Part shown: positions 23,836 to 35,983 of the stretch, in pieces
Layout of the letters: every line of letters starts with the position of its first letter
How positions within the stretch are numbered: the first letter of the stretch is position 1
DNA from: Podarcis erhardii
Taxonomy: Eukaryota
NCBI GenBank assembly: GCA_964252035.1
Contig: OZ176205.1
Length of the DNA stretch: 64,000 nucleotides
Strand: one strand, 5' to 3'
Position numbers and translations under genes: made by a program
The notes under the pieces: generated by a model
What the model was told of the DNA's origin: nothing
Databases searched by the model: none
What the model saw: the letters and a program-made list of their open reading frames with translations, nothing else

Positions 23836-24188
23836 CACAACTTTCCCACAGGAAAACCCACTCTTTACCGCTGAATCAAAGCAAATGTCAATCAGGGTTT
23901 CCATGCGTTGACATTTGCTCCGATTCAGTGCTAAAGAACAGGTTTTCCTGGGTGAAGGGGCAATGCAAACAGAAAACTGCTCAGACCCCCTACCTAGAAA
24001 GCACAGGGCAAGCCGAAAAATTAATGGACAAGCCCTAAATTAATTAATTAGGATCAAATCACTGGAAAATATAACTGTTCAAGCAAAAATGAGCACCAAC
24101 TGTATTATTTCTGTATATACACTGAAAGAATTCACTTGCTCCCTACGTTGTAATTATATAATATCAGGCCTGCCAGGCACATACTGTA

Positions 24189-24517
24189 CCATATTTTTCG
24201 GTCTATAAGACACCCCCATGTATAAGGACCCCCCCCCATTTTGGGGGACTCAATTTTTAGAAAAGGAGGGGAGATGGCCCAAAGTTGTTGAGCGTCTCCC
24301 CCCACCCCCTCACGCAGCAGCTGCGTGCAGGAAACACTCCCTAGAGATCGTTTCCCACGCACAGCAGCATTGGAGGAAATTGTGCTCCCGCCAACCGGCT
24401 GGCTGGCAGGCACACTGCTTCCCCCCCCCCCATACCACTATCCGTGTATTGGACGACCCCCGTTTTTTGACATAATTTTTGAGTCAAAAAACCTTGACTA
24501 ATACACAGAAAAATACA
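24189..24517. mobile_element. Tc1/mariner-superfamily (pogo/Tigger-like) MITE
   Basis: TA|CCATATTTTTCGGTCTATAAGAC ... GACTAATACACAGAAAAATACAG|TA; imperfect TIRs and TA TSD. Confidence 0.75.
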
Positions 24518-25158
24518 GTAGTTGTAGAAGGGATCATTTCCCCTTTCTTCACAAGAAGCAAGGCTCAGTCCCCCTCCAAACCCCATGGAATCTGGCTGCC
24601 CTGAGTGACACAGGAATTCATTGCAAGGGAAACAGATACCTGTAGGTGGGGGTTTTCTGTTCGTCTGCCTGAATCTAAACAATGATGGAAGCAAGAGCAG
24701 CAGGCATGCTGGTAGCACAGGGTTTGGGGTGTGCGATTAGTTATGTAAAAGGCTAGACAAGAAGACCTGGAAATCCCAGACCTGTGTCTTGAAAGCACGG
24801 AACAAGTGTGGGCGATGGGGGTCCCCTGTGACGGGGATGAAATCGATCCCACCATTCTGCAGCTGATCAGTCATTTGAGAGAGGGAGTTTTCTTCCCAAT
24901 CACAGCATGGTGGACTGGCAGGTTTAAACCTTAATTCTAAAGTTTAGCAGTATATGGTGACAAAAATATCCTTTCATGGGGGGGGGGGGTAACAGCCATC
25001 AGCATCAGGATGGTTGCTCCAGACACCCTGATTTAGAACACATTTCTCTTACCATATAAAGGCAATATGTGAAGCAATTTTCCATTGCGGTATTCAAAGT
25101 TGATTAAGTTCCCAATAAATTATTGCAGCACATGTCATGTTTGTTTCCTGCATTATAG

Positions 25159-25430
25159 GGGAGGCATGAATGCTAGTGACACAGTCGTGTCAAATGGATC
25201 AACTGTGATTCTGTCCTGCTGGCTAAACAACAGTGGATCATCTAGCAATTTGCAGAACAAGCATACAATAACTATTTTACACAACCACTCAGCAATAAGC
25301 AGCAGCTCTGGCTTTTTGGTCAGTGCTCACATTTCACTGCACACATTTGGGAGGCAGACGTTCAAATGCCATCGGAGTTCTCGGCAGGAAAGGAAAGTGA
25401 TCGTATGTGGAGTTTACGTCGATGTTGGAA
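25159..25430 (+). CDS. IL12RB2: IL12RB2 Ig-like D1 exon (5' end may be 25129)
   Basis: GSTVILSC...TFKC...IVCGVYVDVG matches human GSTVNITC...ICGAEIFVG; A|GTAAGG donor. Confidence 0.85.
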
Positions 25431-26326
25431 GTAAGGAGGTGCTTTTGTCTGTAAATGTTTTGCCGGCGTTCACAGACAATGTGTGTGTGTGCAAACAAAA
25501 AATATATAATATAAGATTGCAGCAGGGATGGCAAAATCAAGAGGCTCTGGTGCCTTTCACTCAATAACTTTCATTTATTGAGGAATGGAATGTTGTGTCA
25601 TAGAAACATGAGGTATTATTCTTCCCATATACTTTTTTTTTTAACTGAGTGGGGCTTTTCACAGAGACATCCCTGGCCTGCGCCCAGCAGCACAATCCGG
25701 CTAGAAGTCAAGCATTTATAAATCCCATTCTCAATCAAAGAGATTTAAGCCAGTGATTTACTTTCCCATTGAAATCAATGGGACATAGCTTGGGGTGGTC
25801 ATTCCATATTTTCAGACCTGTGTAAAGGGGGAGGGGAATCTTATTTTTTGAGCTATTTTATTCTTTAGTGATATTATATTGTGCACCAAACTCTTAGCAT
25901 AAAAAGGGCATCAGACTCAGGGCATTCCTTGCCCCCACTTTCTTTTTCTTTTTGCAATAGATTTACTGTTGCGCAGGCATTTTTTTTGGTGCAGGGAGAG
26001 TGTGTTTTACAAGCACTTTTGCACCAGGCAATATCTGATCATCGCTAGATTTCCATCCCATACACACCCCTCTATGCTTCTATACCATTCATTCATTGAT
26101 GGACTCTGAAGTATGCTTTAGAACTTTGGGTCAGCAGCACAATCCTATTTTGCACTTAACACTTTCTCCTAATAAAAATAATGAAATAAGCAAATATGAA
26201 CTCTTTACAAACATGTAATCTACAGGCCTATTTAATTAAGAATAAATGGATAAATACAAGTCCTAGATGCCAAAGGAAGGATTCATATTAACAGACATTA
26301 AGCCACTTATGTTGTCTCCTTTTAAG

Positions 26327-26441
26327 TTCCTCCAGCCCAGCCCAAAAATATACTCTGCATTCAGCATGGAAAGGATGGAAGTACTATTTGCACTTGGGAT
26401 AAAGGACACTATACCTACCTTGATACTAACTATACATTACA
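26327..26441 (+). CDS. IL12RB2: IL12RB2 D2 exon (PPAQPKNILCIQHGKDGSTICTWDKGHYTYLDTNYTL)
   Basis: Conserved C-x10-CxW; ttttaag / GTAAGT; phase 1-2. Confidence 0.93.
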
Positions 26442-26931
26442 GTAAGTCTCACTTGTGTCTCAGTTTTTACTGTATTCCTATTCACTTGCACCTGCCTGTT
26501 GTCTGAGTTCTTGCTACCTTGACCTCCTAAAGCCCCACCACCTGCAGCATATTGCACTTGTGCTGGAAACATGTCTCCTTGTGAAACCATCTGGGTTAGT
26601 CCTTCACAAATGGACTTGTATGTATTGTTTTGTACTGTTTCCTTCTAGGATTTTCTTGCTACTTTCTGAACTATGGTACTTTGTGGGTTGCTAATTGTGT
26701 CATCTGCTATGGCCCCAACTCCTGGACCTAAGCAGCTCTGGGTTCAGATCATGTAATGTGCTTAACAGAAGTGTCAATTGACTGTATATAATATGGTACT
26801 GAGCAGTATTCCATTAACTGTCACACAATGTTTTATGGGTGTGAAATTATTATAATCTCAGCAACAAAGCAACATTCTTTGAGGGTAGAAAAGGGATGAC
26901 CTTTTCATCCAGGTTTATCTTTCTATTGCAG

Positions 26932-27119
26932 GCTAACAAATGGAACCACCAATGAATCAACAGTATGGAAAGATGAAAGGAATAAAAATAGCTCATATGG
27001 CTCAGTAGAGCTCAGAATGAAGTTGAATTTTCAGTCCACCTATACAGTTGTCATCAATGCCACCAATGGACTGGAAAAGGTTTCTTCCCAACCAATTCAG
27101 TTCAGATTAATTGACATAG
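26932..27119 (+). CDS. IL12RB2: IL12RB2 D2 second exon (LTNGTT...YTVVINATNGL...FRLIDI)
   Basis: ttgcag / GTAAAT; phase 2-1; open frame. Confidence 0.92.
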
Positions 27120-27273
27120 GTAAATGTCAGGAATTTTCCTCAATTTAAATCATATTATTTGGCTGGCACTCCAAAGGATTTCTAGAGAGTATTTGTTTGG
27201 GTGCAATTTCCTTTCACCCACCAAAAAGCCAATGAAACAAAAGAAGCTGTGCCACAATTCACTTGGTCAGTGG

Positions 27274-27462
27274 CAGAGGTGCCAACTTGAATAAAATATT
27301 GGGGGCGGGGCAGATAAGCCCCACCCACATAATCAATTACAAGACATAGCACACACACACTATTTGAATGACAATGCCCATCAACTTTGGGGTGGCCTAG
27401 CCCCCTCAAATATTTTAGGGAGGGCGCGAAAGGACCTTGCCCCCTAGGAGTTGGCTCCTATG
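27274..27462. mobile_element. hAT-type MITE
   Basis: CAGAGGTGCCAACT / AGTTGGCTCCTATG TIR; perfect 8-bp TSD GTCAGTGG (27266-27273 and 27463-27470). Confidence 0.85.
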
Positions 27463-28429
27463 GTCAGTGGTGATTGTTTGCTTTCTTGTCTAAACAGCAG
27501 GCTCCCACTCTATCACAGTATATCAGAAATAGGGGGGTTGTGTGCAGCTTCTGTGGTATAGGACACAATTGTTCAGAAATGAAAGTAAATGCTGTATACA
27601 GAGAATGACGTGTTAAACTTGGGCTACAGTTGAGTAGTTAACTTGTGAGAACGGCAGTACTATTAATCAGCACTGACTCACACACGAAACACTGAATCGC
27701 CTTTTTATTTTTTTAAAAAAGCCTTGATTGCAGAGTTCCCATATGAGTGAGTCATGTGAAGAGGGAGAACTTCACGTAGAGGCCATATTGCTTAGCATGT
27801 TTTTGAAAAAGCACATGGTGGCAAAGTCCTTTGCAGTGGAACCTGCCTGCTTCCATTAAAATCTGACGCCCATAAAGAGAAAAAGAGGTGCTGTTTATCT
27901 TTTAGATTTGTTAGCCACCTGTACTCCTAATTGTCCCAAGTAGAGAGATAGTTAGAATAATAGGTTATCTAGAACAGTGATATATAGCAGTGGAAATAAA
28001 GAACAGTTGAAGGTGAAAATGCAGAGGGGCTAATGCATGCCAGCACATATCGGCATTTTACCAGTCAGTCATTTGTATTTGACTGGGGCATCTGTTATTT
28101 ATTTTTATGAGGGTGTGGTGGGAAGGAGCTGGACTCTGTCCTCTTCTTTAAATGAACATGGTCAAGGCTCCCCATGTAATACAGCTGACCAGGCTGCTCC
28201 TAGTGCAGCAACAGGAATGGACTCATAAAATAGCTTACGTTGCTGGACGCAATATGTTTTCACGAGCAGTTCCTAGTCCAATAGAGGGGTCCGCAGCTCA
28301 TTCCTCAAAAAATAAGGATCACTAGTATAAGCTTTCTGTGTATAGCCACTGGCAATTTCAAGAGTACTAACTTCTGTGTTTTCATTCATTTCATTTCCTT
28401 CAAATGTATTTTTGGTCACCATAAATCAG

Positions 28430-28572
28430 TGAAGCCGCACGCACCCGTGAACCTCTCAGTGGCATTTGATGGTTTTGATGCAAGAAATTGCAGCATTTCG
28501 TGGCAAGATCAACAAGACGCACAACACTTTAGATTAAGATACCAACCAATGAACAGCAACTCTTGGACCACG
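28430..28572 (+). CDS. IL12RB2: IL12RB2 D3 exon (VKPHAPVNL...CSISWQD...RLRYQP...WTT)
   Basis: Phase 1-0; matches human VRPLPP...RLRYRP. Confidence 0.93.
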
Positions 28573-29699
28573 GTAATGTTTTCTAAATGTATTCTTGTAT
28601 TACTAAATGGCAAAACAGCTTGGTTGTTTACAAATTTACAGTAATGTAAATTCCTCTTTCCATACACAACCTAAGCAACCCATACTGAAGGGATTAAGAG
28701 CATGTTATACAGAATTAAGTTTTTGATATTTATCTCAGAATTACTAGACTTGGAATATCTCCCAGGACAACCTGCTCATAGATGATCCTGTGTATACATA
28801 CTTGTTTGAACACTACAAGGATGAAAAAGAAGCAGCATAGAAAAATTTGGTTGGTGTGTACACAACACACACACTTCAAATTCTGCAGTCATCCTAGTTT
28901 CAGATCAGGAACAGGCAACTTTGCATAGACTCACAACCCAGTTACCAACTTAGCTCATACTTCTAAATGGATTTCTACTGATAGAAGCAAGGAACCTAGA
29001 AGTTCCTGGGCGCTAGGCTCCTCTATACATTTCTTCGCCATTTTATAGGCCTACAGATAATATGTAAATCTTGCACTCATAGAGTTCATCATAGTAAAAG
29101 CAGTACTGCATTTAGAGAAGGGCTTTGGGCTGATGTCCAGGGCCCCTGTCAGCAGAAGGAAGAGGAGGGCCCCTAAACACAGAAGGGCTGTCCTAAAACA
29201 CTCTTAAGGAAATGAAGCGAAGTCCATTACCATCTAAAGCAGGGGTGGCTAACCTTGTTTGGACTCCCAACTCCCATCAGCCCAAGCTAGCATGACCAAC
29301 AGCCAGGGACAACGGAAGCTATGTGTCTGAAGTGCCACATTCTAACCACCCCAATGCAAATAGATGCCCCCACCAGGATCATAAGGTCTAAAATTACCTA
29401 AATGCACCACCACCAAGCATAAGGTAAAAAATAATGTGATTCTCCAGGTGACAGTGAAAGAAATGACCTCACAACCTGCCGTTCCATTCAACTTTAATGG
29501 GTTAATGAGGTGCTAATGGCGCCAACACTGTTAATTACTCCTCAGTTACACACATCTCTGAAGAGACAGGATGAGAGCTTGTGGTAAAGGAAATGCACCA
29601 TTTGTTCCATTCAGCAATGAGTAGTATACAGTACTGTGATCCTGTATTGACCTAGCAAAGTGTTTCCCAAACTTAGGGTCTCTAGCTGTTTTTGGACTA

Positions 29700-30530
29700 C
29701 AGTGGTGCCTCGCAAGACGAAATTAATTCGTTCCGCAGTTTTTTCGTCTAGCGAGTTTTTCGTCTTGTGAAGCACGGTTTCCCATAGGAATGCATTGAAA
29801 ATCAATTAATGAGTTCCTATGGAGACCGCTTGCCAGGCTGGCGGTGCGGAGAAGGGCTTTTCTCCCCACCGCAAGCCTTCAGGACAGGTACGGGAACAGA
29901 GGGGAAGGCGCGCAGCGCTTCTCCTCTGTTCCCGGGGCTTGCGGTGGGAGGAGGGTTTTTCCTCCCCACCGCCAACATTCAGAACAGCATTCTGAAAGTT
30001 GGCGGTGGGAAGGAAAACCCTCCCCCCACCGCAAGTCTTCAGGACAGCCATCCGAAGGCTGGCGCAGGGAGAAGGTCTCTCCGCCCCCCGCCAGCCTTCG
30101 GAGCAGCCATCCCAAAGCTGGCGCGGGGCGAAGGTCTCTCCGCCCCACTGCCAGCCTTCGGAGCAGCCATCCCAAGGCTGGTGGCGGGAGGAGGTCTCTC
30201 CGCCCCACCGCCAGCCTTCGGAGCAGCCATCCCAAAGCTGGTGGCGGGAGGAGGTCTCTCCGCCCCACCGCCAGCCTTCGGAGCAGCCATCCCAAAGCTG
30301 GCACGGGGAGAAGGTCTCTCCGCCCCACCGCCAGCCTTCGGAGGAGGTCCGAGGACAGTGGGGAAGACGCACTGCGCTTCCCCGCTGTCCCGGAGATTTC
30401 CCTATGGGCTTTCGTCTTGCGAAGGAAGCCCATAGGGAAATTCGTTTTGCGAAGCGCCTCCAAAACGGAAAACCCTTTCGTCTAGCGGGTTTTTCGTCTT
30501 ACGAGGCGTTCGTCTTGCGGGGCACCACTG
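29700..30530. mobile_element. Tc1/mariner-superfamily (Tigger-like) non-autonomous element, 831 bp
   Basis: TA|CAGTGGTGCCTCGCAAGACGAA ... TTCGTCTTGCGGGGCACCACTG|TA; repeated subterminal TTCGTCTTGCG motifs. Confidence 0.9.
30061..30343. repeat. 60-bp GC-rich minisatellite (~4.7 near-identical copies; degenerate units from ~29836)
   Basis: Consecutive 60-nt lines repeat AGGTCTCTCCGCCCCACCGCCAGCCTTCGGAGCAGCCATCCCAAAGCTG. Confidence 0.95.
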
Positions 30531-30672
30531 TACAACTCCCATCATCCCTAGCTAGCAGGACCAGTGGTCAGGGATGATGGGACAGCTAGAGACCCACGTC
30601 TGGGAAACAGTGTCCCAGCACTTGGTTTAGAAAACAGTTTTGATGCTCACTGTATTTTCCTTTTCATTCAAG

Positions 30673-30811
30673 CTTGAAAATATAAACAGCAGAAGATATT
30701 ATCTACATGACCTGAAGCCAGATACAGCATATGAATTCCAGGTTTCCTGCAGGTTCCTGCCCAACAAAGGATTATGGAGTGACTGGAGTATGTTGTTTCA
30801 AACAGAAGCAG
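30673..30811 (+). CDS. IL12RB2: IL12RB2 WSXWS exon (DLKPDTAYEFQVSCRFLPNKGLWSDWS)
   Basis: WSDWS at 30775-30789; phase 0-1. Confidence 0.96.
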
Positions 30812-32324
30812 GTGATACAATTTTGAAATGCCTAGCATTTATTTTTGTACCTATGTAGAAATCAGATAACACATTCCTGCTTGCAGCCAAACTATCATCT
30901 CATAGGAATTCAGTGAGGAATAGAAATAATATTCATATGGCCTGGAGACCCAAGCAACAAAACAAGACATAAGAAAGAGATATTTTTCTCTGTTCAGTGA
31001 AACAGATGCACAAGACTAGATCAGAAGAATCAAGGGTCTATAGTGAAAAGCTCTCATAGCAGTCATCACAAATCAGCAACAAGGTATACATGCAGAATAC
31101 CCACTAACACAGCAAGGATGCAGAACCAATGTTGTGTGGCCTGCACAACAGAACTTCCCCGCCTTGTCCTCTCCCTGCAGGCTCCAATATCTGCCCTGGA
31201 GGGTCCTCCAAGCCTCTAGAGCAGATTTTGAGGGTATACGGGAGGCTGCAGGAGGGAAGTAAGAGGAGAAGGTTCCACTGCAGGAGTAAGTCTGACGCAT
31301 GAGCACGACAGCCTTTGGCCAGTCTGAAAGGTATTCAGATTCTTAACATGCAAGACCTGCTTCATAATTATAAAAAACATTGTCCACTTTCCTTCAAACT
31401 GGACCATCACACAGAACCATGCCACAAAGTCTTCATTTCCTCTGTGACTTAGAAAACTTTCAGCAACGATTTGTAGCTATGGCAATTTGTAGCTTATGGT
31501 CTTTGATGTCTTTGTGGGTTTCTGTCAAGCACAGAAAGACGTTACTATAAATTGTCACCCTTGCATCACTGACCACTAGTGACATAATCAGTTCCTGTCA
31601 CTGACAGATGCGGCAAGAGGTGTGAACGTCTCCCTCTCACCCCTTTGTGGCAACTGACATTTTATCGTAGTACCTGCAAACCTTTTAAAAGGGCTTGGAA
31701 TAAATGGAGGATAAGGGTATCAATAGCTACAAGCCATGATAGCTATTGCTGCCTTTGGAATCAGAGACAGCATGCATTTGTGTGACAATTCAACAGTGAG
31801 AGAGGGCTGTTGCCCTCATCTCGGTTTAGGGGCTTCCCAGAAAGATCTGGTTGGTTTCTGTGGTAAACAATGCCATAGGTCAGCATGGAGAACTAGCCAA
31901 AAAATTGCTCTGGTTGTAGAGGAAGTAATAATACAGTTACCCAAGAAAACAGAGTAAAGATGGCTAAATAAGGGGAGGAAGCAACAACACATGATGATTA
32001 TGCCATTCAGGCACATCACCTTTCCACTATTTCCCCCCCTGCTTGCTCCAACAGTGACCCAACCACCATGACATATTTTGGATGAAAATATTAGCTCCAA
32101 TCTCATTTGGCTAAGTCATGGTTATGTGAAGTGCAGGGGGGCTTTTATAGTTGCTTGCCAGGCAACTACACCAACCTACCTCATTCTTCAGTGGGGACCC
32201 GCCACTATATAAAACAACTATTCCTTCTCATTTGTTTTCTATGTGCTGTCCAATACTTTGCAAAAACCACACCCAAATCAACTATGCAATGTGTTATAAA
32301 GTTCTTCTTTCTCCTTTCATCCAG

Positions 32325-32404
32325 TACCACTTCAGTCAACTGATGTCTGGTATTTAATGGAAGATGTGTCTTCTGAAACGCAGAATATTACACTTTTTTG
32401 GAAG
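32325..32404 (+). CDS. IL12RB2: IL12RB2 FN3 exon (PLQSTDVWYLMEDVSSETQNITLFWK)
   Basis: DVWY...LFWK as in human; AAG|GTAAGA donor; phase 1-0. Confidence 0.93.
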
Positions 32405-33969
32405 GTAAGAATATCTACGCACATACGCCATTTAGAGGGTGTTGCTGTATGTGTATATAAACCAAAAGCATAATAGTTCCTTACCCTAATTTAGGGGTGG
32501 GAAATCTGTGGCTGCCCAGGTTTTGTTGGGACTACAACTGCCAAGCTGGCTGGAGTTGATGGGATTTGGGTAAGCGACCCCATTACTGCATTAGAAAAGC
32601 AACTCCTCTTCAAAGAGCAAAAGTACATAGCAGAGTTCCCAATTTCTTTGGATCAGCTGACATTCCATAGAATAGTGAGCTGCCAAAGGGTGGTGTAATA
32701 GTTGGCCTGTTAGAACTTGGCTGGAGAGACCTGGGATTGCATCCCTGATCAACCATATGGCATGACTGCAATCCTATGAATAGCTTGCCCATTGAATTCA
32801 GTGGTGCTTTTGGTGGCCTAGGTGTAACTTGTAAAACACATCAGGTTGAATTCAAGGAAGTTGTACCCAGAAGAGACCCATTAAAATTGATGGGCCTAAG
32901 TTAGTCATTTCCATTAATTTCAACAGGTCCACTTTGAGTTTGACTAACATGGCATACAACCCAAAAAAACTTTTCCTAGTGGAAATGCAACCTTTGGCTT
33001 TTAATTGCAAATGCACAGAAGAAAGAAGTACATAGAAGTACAAAATGCAGAGAAGTACAAAGAAGTGCTACCATTTAAACCACTAACATGTAGTAAGAGA
33101 ATGAGGAAAATAACCAAGGGCTCAGGACTGATTTCCTTTGATGAGGTTCCAACTCTAGGTGCCTCCAGATGAGGCGTGTTTAAATACTTAGCATTCATCC
33201 TTACTTACTGTCACAAAGTTTACATGTTAGTTAGACTAGGTCTGATCTCCATGAAACACTCATTCTGATTTCTTTAGAAAGTGTTACACATCATCTTGTT
33301 GATAATTCATTCATCCCACATTTTCAATGCATTTCCCTGTCACTTTCCAAACTGCAAGAAGTCTTTTCGCGTATGTGGTTTTGCACAAGGGTAACAGAGC
33401 ACCTGAATCCACTTTAAATGTGCAAACTTAAAGTTCTGGAACATGCTTAAATCCCCACCTCAAAATACAGGCACCCTTCCTCTAAGCCAATCTCTCCACA
33501 AAGCAAACTTAGAAACCATGCACATGCCAGACCAGTGAAGGTACATCAGTTGCTCTGGCAGGTAACACCATTCCTGCCCTGAGAAAAGGCCATAAGCAAA
33601 GTTTCTCTCCCCACATACCCACTTCCTGTTCCATTATACCACTGCCTTCCCCTCATTCCCCTCTGCTACTCACTTCTTAGTACAGCTTTGCTCAAACAAG
33701 CAGTTTCTTACCTGTTTTTGTTATTCACACTGAAACGAGATTCTCATTCATACTGGCTGCTTCTTAGAAGAGAGGAAAGCCATGCTGCAGTTTCACCTGT
33801 GCTTTCTTCAGCTTGCGGTATTCTTGGTTCCACCCATTTGTCACCTTTGCCTCTGTTTGAGAGTTAAGAATCCTTAATGAGGCACACCCTACAATACTTC
33901 AATGAAATGCACTAGTAGACTATGTCGTCTTTCCCTCACATTCCCTCTGAGTTCAATAATACTAGCATC

Positions 33970-33970
<1 letters not shown>

Positions 33971-34008
<38 letters not shown>
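33971..34008. repeat. (AC)n microsatellite
   Basis: Direct read. Confidence 0.95.
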
Positions 34009-34010
<2 letters not shown>

Positions 34011-34834
34011 CTTCCCCAAATAATCCTGGAATTCTAAGTAGTTTAACAATCAATCCCTCTTCCCATGGAACTCTGGGAATTGTCGCTCTCTGAGGGGAGT
34101 TGGGGTCTCCTAACATCTCTCACTACTCTTCACAAACACCAGCTCCTTGGGTTCTTTAAGGGAAGCCATGATGGTTTCAAGTGGCCTGAAACTGCTTTAA
34201 ATGTGAAGGGACATGGAGCCTCAATATAAGGGGAATTACGGTAATAAGGAGAGTTTGTATTTCATGTGCCCAAGTCTGCTCTTAAATGAAAGAAGCCTGT
34301 GCCAACCTAGTGAAGTATGCTCTTGACTAATGTTTTTTTGTCAAGAGCACTTTGAGAGGGTTTTTTTTGGGGGGGGGGTATACTTGCTACAATTGGACCA
34401 GCCATGGGCCCACTTCACCTTCCATGCAATGCATTGTGGGAGGTGAAGCTTCTTACTCACACACACTCAGCCGCTTCCCTCAAGCCAGCTTCTCATCAAA
34501 TTGTAGTACAGTAATATAAACAATGAAGGGAGTCTGAGTCTCCCCATCTGTCAAATTGGAACAACATCAGAGGGCTTTGGTGAGGGCAGTCTGAAAGAAA
34601 CCTGCATCTTAAAATGCTGCACCGATACTGAGGGACAGCAGCTTGCTTCAATACGGGAAGCTAAGTACCACATCCGCACTCACCCAAAAATACTAACAAG
34701 GATTATTTGAACAAGCCTCCTTCTCTCAGCCTGGCTTCCCTTGGAAGTTTCTTAGACTGACACTTGTGTGTTAGAAAATGCATTAGAAATTACTTTTAAA
34801 ATATAACAAATGGTAACCTCTCAGGAGCTTGTCA

Positions 34835-35025
34835 TTTCTACCCCACCTTTTCTTAAGGCAGCTTACATGACTCCCCTCCGCTCCCATTTTATCCTCACAA
34901 TCCCCCTGCAAGGAAGGCCAGTTATGCTTAGAGGGGGTATATATGGCTGGCCCAAGTTTATCCAGAGAGCTTCATGGCTGAGGGGGGGAAAGGAGAGGGA
35001 ATTTGAACCTGAGTCTCTAATGGCC
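34835..35025 (-). mobile_element. MIR/CORE-like SINE fragment
   Basis: CCCATTTTATCCTCACAA...GGCCCAAG...CTTCATGGCTGAG...GAATTTGAACC. Confidence 0.55.
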
Positions 35026-35133
35026 AACTGAATGAACGCTGGCTTCAAACTGCTGCTAAAACTTGTTTCGTGTGTGGGCGTTGGTGAAACATGCAAAGAA
35101 ACACATACGCTATTTTATTTTATTTTTTAATAG

Positions 35134-35350
35134 ATGAGTGTATTAGAAGTGAGAAGGAAAAGTCTTGAGTATAGAGTGACGTTTTCAGCCTTAAACCAGA
35201 TGCGTCAAAGAGACACGGGAACAAATTCTACAGTGCAGACCACATTCTCACAAATCATTCCTAAGACAGACTATAGCATTACAATTTGTTCTCACAACTC
35301 ACGGGGAATATCCCAACCCATTTATATCACTACTAAACTAGGAATTACAG
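35134..35350 (+). CDS. IL12RB2: IL12RB2 FN3 exon (MSVLEVRRKSLEYRVT...HNSRGISQP)
   Basis: Strong T-rich acceptor; CAG|GTAAGA donor; phase 0-1. Confidence 0.92.
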
Positions 35351-35685
35351 GTAAGACCCTTTCCTCCGATTCATTTGATTTCAGTATGATTCTGTCTATT
35401 ACCAAGCTGCACTGGAATGTTTTATACATGGCAAACCATCATTTTAAGTTTATTAGATTTTTTGACTCCAGACTCCAGTTGTAAGTAATAGGTCAGCATT
35501 GTCCTGAGGGAGGTATACACACAACTTTGTTTAGTTTTGTATTTAGTATTCGATCACAGGTACCCCTCCCATAATTTCCTAGTGGAAAGAGAAAACCCTT
35601 AACTGGCAAGGACTGTGGCATTAACTATGGTAACTATTATGTTCCTATATAGTGCCTAGCAATTTTAGGTGCTTTATAAATACTG

Positions 35686-35983
35686 ACACAGAAAACAAAC
35701 GGAGCACTTTCTATTCTTTTCTCTCTTTTTTGGTTGGGGAAATCTCTCCTTGTTCACTCCCTGCGGTGACGCTATGCCTGCTAGTAAACGCCACAGGGAC
35801 CCAGAGGATGTAGCTCTCTCACCGGTTTCCAAACAATCTAAAATAGAGGACTTTTTAAACAAATCTGCTTTTACAGTTTCAACAAAAAACCGGTTTTCTC
35901 CTCTTGAAGATGATTGTGAGTGTGGGGAGAGTACTCAAGGTGAGAGCGTGGAACTGGATCCAGCAGTTCCACGCTCTCACCAG
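35686..35983 (+). mobile_element. 298-bp insertion resembling the 5' end (leader + ORF1 start) of a non-LTR retrotransposon, ending in an 18-bp hairpin
   Basis: 12-bp TSD TTATAAATACTG (35674-35685, 35984-35995); ATG at 35774, MPASKRHR...KNRFSPLED; terminal inverted repeat 35939-35956 / 35964-35981. Confidence 0.7.

Larger units (their letters stand above)
29658..30612. mobile_element. hAT-type MITE hosting a nested Tc1/mariner MITE
   Basis: TGTTTCCCAAAC.TAGGGTCTCTAGCTG / CAGCTAGAGACCC...TGGGAAACA inverted ends; core GGACTACAACTCCC split at its TA. Confidence 0.75.

Noticed and set aside
29836-30343. Regular 60-bp repeats resembling a CRISPR array, and long overlapping ORFs in several frames (29806-30577)
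   Set aside because: Units are tandem with no unique spacers, lie inside a TA-flanked eukaryotic MITE and have no cas genes nearby. The ORFs arise from a GC-rich period divisible by three.
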